Positions 58,496-64,000 of a stretch of 64,000 nt of DNA are shown here, piece after piece. The DNA is from Chloroflexota bacterium (GTDB lineage: Bacteria > Chloroflexota > Anaerolineae > DUEN01). A program made the translations under genes and the position numbers. The notes beneath the pieces are model-generated. The model had not been told where the DNA came from. It did no database searches and saw only the letters and a program-made list of their open reading frames with translations. How positions within the stretch are numbered: position 1 is the first letter of the stretch; every line of letters starts with the position of its first letter. The stretch is from NCBI GenBank assembly GCA_013152435.1, contig JAADGJ010000010.1, positions 13,911 through 77,910 on the forward strand, given 5' to 3'.

Positions 58496-59751
58496 ATGAG
58501 GCAGTTCGCTACGGCGTAGATCCCGTTTCACCTCCAACCGACCATCATCCATTAAGTCCACCCCTCCGACAATCCAATGCACCCGGCGATCCGCCCCACC
58601 CCCCCGCTGCGATCGCGGCGCTGATCGCCAGGATGGTCGCATGCCCGCCGGACAAATCGCCTCTTGCCCACGCGCTGGAATGCCTGGCGGCGGAGATCCA
58701 AGCGCGAGGGATGGCGCTGCATCTGCTGTCCGATGATCAGACGGGCTTCGTGTTGGCCCATCATCACAACCTGAGCAAGCGGACACAGAAGGAATGGGAG
58801 CACCTGCAGGACGTGGTGAAGGAGGGGCAGATCGCCCTTCCCCCCGCCCCCGACGCAAAGGCTCAATTCTCCGTACCGATCGTACATGAGCAGCGCACGA
58901 TCGGCATTCTGACCACATGCTGGGACGATCCGAAACATCCTACGGACGCCGAACGAGCCCTGCTGCAATGGGGAGCCCTGCTTCTGCTGCTCCGCATGGA
59001 TCGCAACATGCCGCACGCCCAGCGAGCGCAATTCATGGATCCCGAGATGTTCATCGGGATGCTCCGACACGACCTGCAGAGCTTGCTCTCCACCGTCATC
59101 GGGTATGCGGAGCTGCTGTTGAGCACGTACACGGACCCGCTGTCCAAGGACCAGGAGGAGTACATACAGACCATCCTGGAGAACGCCCGGCGTGCAGCCC
59201 ATCTCATCACCATGCTGTCCGAAGCCTCACAGCTCGCCTCGGGCCAACTCGCCCTCGAGCGCGAGATCGTTCGCATCCGGGACATCTGGGAGGAGGCGAT
59301 CCAGCAGATCGAGCCCTACCTGACCGGCCGGAATCAGAAAATCCGCCTGATCGACACGGGCGACAGCCCCATGATCCAGGCGGATCCGCAAAGGCTGCCT
59401 CAGGCGTTGGGTGGTCTGCTGCGTTTCATCGCGCGCCATCTACCATCGCACAGCATCATCGTTCTGCGCATACTCCCCCACCCCGATCAGGGCATCGTAG
59501 AGACGCGCATCGAGCGCGCTCAGCCACAGAACGGGAGCAAACCAGGCTACCATGCGACCCCACCGAAACGGCGAAGCCCGCCGCTCCCCCTGGTGATCGC
59601 GTACGCGTTCATCGAGGCGCATGGTGGCCGTCTCACCTGGTTTGGACCGCAAAGCTCTGAGGAGATCGCCAGCATCGATCTCCCCATCGCATCATCGGAC
59701 ACGCTGGGGGCTGCCAGCCTCCAGTTCACCATTGCCAGCTATCCCGCCTAA
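58486..59751 (+). CDS. Cytoplasmic sensor histidine kinase (GAF-like N-domain, HisKA, degenerate HATPase).
   Basis: H-box RHDLQSLLSTVIGYAELL. No TM segments. The start overlaps the RR stop by 10 nt. Confidence 0.7.
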   Translation: MPLNEAVRYGVDPVSPPTDHHPLSPPLRQSNAPGDPPHPPAAIAALIARMVACPPDKSPLAHALECLAAEIQARGMALHLLSDDQTGFVLAHHHNLSKRTQKEWEHLQDVVKEGQIALPPAPDAKAQFSVPIVHEQRTIGILTTCWDDPKHPTDAERALLQWGALLLLLRMDRNMPHAQRAQFMDPEMFIGMLRHDLQSLLSTVIGYAELLLSTYTDPLSKDQEEYIQTILENARRAAHLITMLSEASQLASGQLALEREIVRIRDIWEEAIQQIEPYLTGRNQKIRLIDTGDSPMIQADPQRLPQALGGLLRFIARHLPSHSIIVLRILPHPDQGIVETRIERAQPQNGSKPGYHATPPKRRSPPLPLVIAYAFIEAHGGRLTWFGPQSSEEIASIDLPIASSDTLGAASLQFTIASYPA

Positions 59752-59876
59752 ACAGCGAAGGCCCCCCTTGGGGGCCCCTCCTCATCCAAATCGACCGTAT
59801 GAGTGAAGCCGGGGTGTTACATGCCCCGGCTTCATTCGTGTGCGTCATCGTGCTGAATCACGGCGTATCCCACGGG

Positions 59877-60821
59877 CTATCCGGCCCCCTGTCGCTCATA
59901 CACGGCATACACCTCCTCCCGACTGGGCAGGCTGGCCACCGCGCCGCGCCCACGCACCTTCAGCGCGGCCGCGATCACCCCCAGACGAGCCGCCTCCACC
60001 GGCGTTTGCCCCTCGCACAGGCCGTGCAGGAACGCCCCGTTGAAGGCATCCCCCGCACCCGTCGTATCCCTGGCAGCGATCCCGGATAGCGGAGGCACCC
60101 GCTCCATGGAGCCCGTCGCTCGCTCCCCCACCCAGCATCCCTCCATCCCCCATTTCAATGCCACCAGATCGACGCCGAAGCTCCAGAAGCGTTCGATGAC
60201 CTCCTCTGGCCTCTCCAAGTCCAACAGGATGCGGCTTTCATCCGGCCCGCCCGGCATGGCGATGCTCACATACGGCAGGATCTCCTCCAGAGCCTGGCGC
60301 GCCTCCTCAAGCGACCACAGCTTCAAACGCAAATTGGGGTCGTAAGCGACCTGCACGCCGTGCGCCCGGGCGATCTGCGCCGCACGCAACGCCGTCTCCC
60401 TGGATGAGGACGAGATCGCCTGCGTGATGCCGGTCGTAAGCAGGATACGTGCGCCCGCGATATAATCCTCATCCAGGTCCGAGGGCTCCATCGTAGACGG
60501 GGCGCTCCCCTTGCGATAGTATGTGAACTCACGCTCGCCACCCGGCAGCAGGCTGATGAAATAGATCCCGTTAAAGCCGGGGACGACCTTGCAATGGCTC
60601 GTATCCACCCCCATCTCCTGCCAACTCTTGAGCAGGTACGGAGCGAAAGGATCGTCCCCCACCCGGGTGATAAACCCGGTCTTCGACCCCATGCGCTGTG
60701 CCGCCGCGATGATGTTGAACGCATCTCCGGCAAACGCTTTGGTAAAGCACTTCGCCTGCGCGATCGGTTCGTCGGCGAAGAACTCGATCATGCATTCCCC
60801 AATGGACACGATATCCAACAT
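59877..60821 (-). CDS. kdgK: PfkB-family sugar kinase, 2-dehydro-3-deoxygluconokinase-like.
   Basis: PfkB motifs, including DTTGAGDAFNGAFL near the C-terminus. It is adjacent to a KDPG aldolase gene. Confidence 0.75.
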   Translation of the reverse strand: MLDIVSIGECMIEFFADEPIAQAKCFTKAFAGDAFNIIAAAQRMGSKTGFITRVGDDPFAPYLLKSWQEMGVDTSHCKVVPGFNGIYFISLLPGGEREFTYYRKGSAPSTMEPSDLDEDYIAGARILLTTGITQAISSSSRETALRAAQIARAHGVQVAYDPNLRLKLWSLEEARQALEEILPYVSIAMPGGPDESRILLDLERPEEVIERFWSFGVDLVALKWGMEGCWVGERATGSMERVPPLSGIAARDTTGAGDAFNGAFLHGLCEGQTPVEAARLGVIAAALKVRGRGAVASLPSREEVYAVYERQGAG

Positions 60822-61444
60822 GAGCCTTCCCCTGCGTCACTCGTCCGCTCCCCCAAGCGAACCAGATCCTTCGGGATCAACGCGCCGCCCAGCCCGACGG
60901 CCTTCGCCCCGGCCGCCAGATACGCCCGGAAGTTCTCGAACGTCACGCCGCCGGTGGGCACCAGGGGGAGGTCCGGCAGCGGCGCCAGAACGCTGCGCAC
61001 GTACGAAGGTCCTCCCACCGCCCCGGCGGGGAACAGCTTCACGAGATCGGCGCCGGACTGCCACGCGTGGAATAACTCCGTCGGCGTCAGCCCGGCCACC
61101 ATGCAGACCACATCACGGCGATGGCACGCCGCGATCAGATCCAGCTGGCCCACGGGTGAGACGACGAACCTGGCCCCGGCGGAGATGGCATCTTCGGCCT
61201 GCTCCGGAGTGGTCACGGAGCCGGCGCCGACGACCGTCTCAGGTAATGCACGGGTCAATCGGGCGATCGCAGCCGGGGCATCCGGCACCGTGAAGGTGAT
61301 CTCGATCAGGTCTACGCCCCCCTCGGCCAGGGCCTTCCCCACCTGCAAGGCCTCATCGGCACCGGCCGCACGCACGACGGCGATCAACCGCCGATCGAGA
61401 ATGCGCTCCACGATCGAGGAGCGATCCAATGCAGAGCCGCTCAT
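60788..61444 (-). CDS. eda: KDPG / KHG aldolase (Eda family).
   Basis: Eda-family TIM barrel with the Schiff-base lysine context VKLFPA. 218 aa. Confidence 0.75.
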   Translation of the reverse strand: MSGSALDRSSIVERILDRRLIAVVRAAGADEALQVGKALAEGGVDLIEITFTVPDAPAAIARLTRALPETVVGAGSVTTPEQAEDAISAGARFVVSPVGQLDLIAACHRRDVVCMVAGLTPTELFHAWQSGADLVKLFPAGAVGGPSYVRSVLAPLPDLPLVPTGGVTFENFRAYLAAGAKAVGLGGALIPKDLVRLGERTSDAGEGSCWISCPLGNA

Positions 61445-61782
61445 TCCGTCTCCTTGCCCCCCTCAACGTCCTCCCCCGTGGGGATCTCCGTCAAGACCAC
61501 CGAGTTGTAGGAGCCGAACTCGTTGGGCACATAGTCATCCGCATCGGGATCGTTCTGCCACTGGGTCCCATCGATCAGATAGCGAAACTGATAGCGCCGT
61601 CCCCGTGGGAGCTCCAAGACGATGCGCCAGGCGCCATCTCGCTCCTGGCGCAGAGGATGCGAGGTGCGATTCCACCCATTGAACTCACCGACGAGGCAGA
61701 TCCGCTCCGCCCAGAATGAGCTGGGGAGCTCAAATATCACACGAATCTTGTCCGGATCAGAGGCGGGCGCTTTGTGAATCAT
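61441..61782 (-). CDS. CBM48 (glycogen-binding, AMPK-beta/isoamylase-N-like) single-domain protein.
   Basis: VIFELPSSFWAERICLVGEFNGWNRTSHPLRQERDGAWRIVLELPRGRRYQFRYLIDGTQWQNDPDADDYV fits the CBM48 pattern. It overlaps the eda start (ATGA). Confidence 0.7.
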   Translation of the reverse strand: MIHKAPASDPDKIRVIFELPSSFWAERICLVGEFNGWNRTSHPLRQERDGAWRIVLELPRGRRYQFRYLIDGTQWQNDPDADDYVPNEFGSYNSVVLTEIPTGEDVEGGKETE

Positions 61783-61990
61783 GGATTCCTCCGGGGGAGT
61801 TACAACGGTCCGTCTCGACGGTCGAATTCTAGCATGCTTTCAGGGGGAAGGCAAAGCTCTCTACACGAAAACCAGGGCTTTTTCAAAGTCAGTGATGGAA
61901 ATCGGGGTGGTAGGAACACCCCGCGTGTCGCCCGACGCAAGACATTCCCCTAATCATCGACCGAGGGAAAACGGCCCTCATCCCCCAAAC

Positions 61991-62019
61991 CCCCTTCTCC
62001 CGAGCCCGGGAGAAGGGGG
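61991..62019. other. Perfect 13-bp-stem GC-rich palindrome (CCCCTTCTCCCG-AGC-CGGGAGAAGGGG) inside a divergent intergenic region.
   Basis: Read directly from the sequence. No adjacent convergent gene explains it as a terminator, so a small RNA or an operator is possible. Confidence 0.3.
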
Positions 62020-62177
62020 CTCAACGGTGGGTGGGGTACGTCTGGCCATGTCGTGTGCTGGGGGAAACCGAGAAGACGCGCGTACAGACACGACACCTTG
62101 CCTCGTCCCTGCAGGCGCCATGTATGCCAATATGAACGTTGGACTTTGAAAAGGCCCTACCCCGCCCTCGCCCGGCA

Positions 62178-62205
62178 TTGCGGTTTCGGACAGGGAAGGT
62201 ATACT
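62178..62205 (+). promoter_or_regulatory. Putative promoter TTGCGG-N16-TATACT for the pyruvate-kinase-like gene.
   Basis: TTGCGG at 62178..62183 and TATACT at 62200..62205, 36 nt before the ATG at 62242. Confidence 0.35.
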
Positions 62206-62241
62206 AGGGGCAACACCACGTGACTATGGACAACACCCATC

Positions 62242-63261
62242 ATGAATCCCGAAATTCACTTCACGCTGGGACCGACCTCATGGCCCCCGACCACCCTACG
62301 AGCCGTCCTGGAGGCCGGGGCGCACACCTGTCGCGTGAACCTGTCCCATATGCAGCCGGATCAGCTGGAAGCATGGTTTGCGCACGTGCGCGGCGTCGCC
62401 GCCGAGATCGGGAAGTCAATTCGCATCGGCGCCGACGTGCGAGGGCGCAAGCTGCGGATCGGCCCGCTTCCCGATGGCCGCATCACGTTGACGGTCGGGC
62501 AGACCTTCACGCTGATCCCCGTCGGGACATCGGAGGAGGCACCAGGAGGCGATGGCCACGCGTCGGTCAACTGCCCCGCGCTGGGGGAGATCGCCCGGCC
62601 GGGCGATCTGATCCTGCTGGACGATGGAGCGCTCCGTCTGCGGGTGAAGGCAGCCCAAAATGGGAGCGTCGAGTGCATCGTGGAGATCGGGGGATCGTTG
62701 CCCGAACGAAGCGGCGTGAACCTGCCGGGGAGGCGCATCACCCTGCCATCGCTGACGGCGAAGGACCGGCAGGACCTGGATGCGCTGGCGCCGCTGAGGC
62801 CGGACTGCGTCTACCTCTCCTACGTGGAGACCGCCGCCGATATCGCCCTGCTCCGCCACGAGCTGGCCCAGCGAGGGCTCCACGTCCCGATCATCGCCAA
62901 GATCGAGCGGGCCGTGGCGTTGGCGCACATTGAGGAGATCGCCGCGGCCGCCGATGCCCTATGCCTGGCCCGGGGAGATCTGGGCGTCGAGGTGCCCCTA
63001 CCGCAGATCCCCCGGGTGCAACGCCAGGTTGCACAAGCCGCACGAGAGGCCCAAACGCCTGTCCTGCTGGCCGGAGAGGTGCTGTACTCCATGATCGATC
63101 GCCATATCCCCTATCGGGCGGAGGTCACCGACGTGGCTGTGGCGCTGGAGCAGGGCTATGCGGGGTTCATCCTTTCCGACGAGACGGCGATGGGATGTGA
63201 TCCGCCGGGGGCCGTCCGGTGGATCCAGCGCATCGCTTCAGCGGCGATATCCGACACATAA
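62242..63261 (+). CDS. Pyruvate-kinase-family protein consisting of the PK barrel only (339 aa, lacks the C-terminal alpha/beta domain).
   Basis: PK motifs RVNLSHM (for R.N.SHG), LILLDDG, CLARGDLGVEV (for MVARGDLG) and LSDETAMG. Canonical PKs have about 130 additional C-terminal residues. Confidence 0.65.
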   Translation: MNPEIHFTLGPTSWPPTTLRAVLEAGAHTCRVNLSHMQPDQLEAWFAHVRGVAAEIGKSIRIGADVRGRKLRIGPLPDGRITLTVGQTFTLIPVGTSEEAPGGDGHASVNCPALGEIARPGDLILLDDGALRLRVKAAQNGSVECIVEIGGSLPERSGVNLPGRRITLPSLTAKDRQDLDALAPLRPDCVYLSYVETAADIALLRHELAQRGLHVPIIAKIERAVALAHIEEIAAAADALCLARGDLGVEVPLPQIPRVQRQVAQAAREAQTPVLLAGEVLYSMIDRHIPYRAEVTDVAVALEQGYAGFILSDETAMGCDPPGAVRWIQRIASAAISDT

Positions 63262-63308
63262 GCGCGACCCAGCCGGTCGTCTCATGAGTAGCTGAAAATA
63301 GAGTTCTT

Positions 63309-63330
63309 CGGAGGGGTTACCGCCCCTCCG
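63309..63330 (+). terminator. GC-rich hairpin (CGGAGGGG-TTAC-CGCCCCTCCG) after the PK-like gene.
   Basis: Seen 48 nt after the stop codon; it has no U tract. Confidence 0.4.
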
Positions 63331-63525
63331 AGCCACCCCAGAGATGCGGAGCTACGCTTCCGTATCGCTTAACTTGATATCAATGGGGCGATTCATGAAT
63401 CGTCCCACCCGTGAGGAAGGCTATCCAAGACGCAGGGGGCGTGGCTTCTCAAAATTCCCACAGGCGCCCACTGGCGAAAGGGATAAACGCGACGGGAAGC
63501 TGAGCATCCCAAGGAGGCAGCCGAG

Positions 63526-64000
63526 ATGAAGCCATTCCGTGAACGTGTCGCCATCGCCATCGATGGAGGGGGCATCCGGGGCGTCGTCGTCGCCCGGGCG
63601 TTGGCCATCCTGGAGGATCACCTGGGGCGGTCCGCTCATGAGATCTTCCGGCTGACGGCGGGCACGTCAACCGGCTCCGTCATCGCGGCGGGCATCGCCG
63701 CCGGCCTGACCGGCGCCCAGATGCATCGGCTATACACGGAGCTGGGGCACACCATCTTCCGCCGGACGTGGCGCAGCTGGCTGTGGCCGCTCACCCGCTA
63801 TCGCTATCCATTCGATCCGCTGAAAAAGGCCATCCGGGAGCAGATCGGCGACCTGAAGATGGGGGACTTCTGGTCGGCGGATCCCCCCACCGATGTGGTC
63901 ATCACCGCCTTCGACCTGGTCACCAACCACACACGTTTCATCAAGCCGTGGAAGCCGGAATATGCGAACTGGCCGGTGGTCAAGGCGGTGCTGGCGTCCT
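63526..64000 (+). CDS. Patatin-like phospholipase (N-terminal part; continues beyond window end).
   Basis: DGGGIRG oxyanion motif and GTSTGS nucleophile motif. RBS GGAGGC. Confidence 0.8.
   Translation, partial: MKPFRERVAIAIDGGGIRGVVVARALAILEDHLGRSAHEIFRLTAGTSTGSVIAAGIAAGLTGAQMHRLYTELGHTIFRRTWRSWLWPLTRYRYPFDPLKKAIREQIGDLKMGDFWSADPPTDVVITAFDLVTNHTRFIKPWKPEYANWPVVKAVLAS

Overview
High-GC bacterial chromosomal segment (G+C roughly two-thirds by eye). Thr-Pro (TPTPTP) interdomain linkers and CSLREA-motif beta-helix proteins point to Chloroflexota, though this is an inference. I count about 45 protein-coding genes and no rRNA, tRNA or CRISPR. Housekeeping content is ordinary: a NarL-type two-component system, a GH20 hexosaminidase, an ECF-type vitamin transporter (S, fused A-A', T), a PurM/HypE-like gene, tryptophanase, a GH38 alpha-mannosidase, hflX, an aminotransferase, an M28 peptidase, der, cdaA-cdaR, argF, kdgK-eda, a pyruvate-kinase-like gene and a patatin. 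The outstanding feature is a ~24 kb co-directional block (10090..34507, minus strand) of ten genes. These encode large secreted or lipid-anchored multidomain proteins: two paralogous metzincin-type metalloproteases, beta-propeller, FG-GAP, BNR/Asp-box and CSLREA parallel-beta-helix proteins, and a small protein with two PPC domains. They share modules (pre-peptidase PPC domains, TP linkers) and, in six of them, a short conserved motif at the extreme C-terminus ([KRH]x[IF][YF][LIM]P[VIAT][ILM]...) that I do not recognise as any named sorting signal. The block is bracketed by two paralogous small membrane proteins of unknown function and is divergently flanked by a large SARP/AfsR-type STAND regulator. 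Next to that sit an anomalously low-GC intergenic stretch and a lone tyrosine recombinase. Smaller curiosities: a DUF4258/DUF2283 toxin-antitoxin-like pair, an excisionase-type HTH protein translationally coupled to a receiver-only response regulator and a GAF histidine kinase, and a histidine-phosphatase/SAM-methyltransferase fusion. All calls rest on motifs read from the six-frame translations; no database search was possible.
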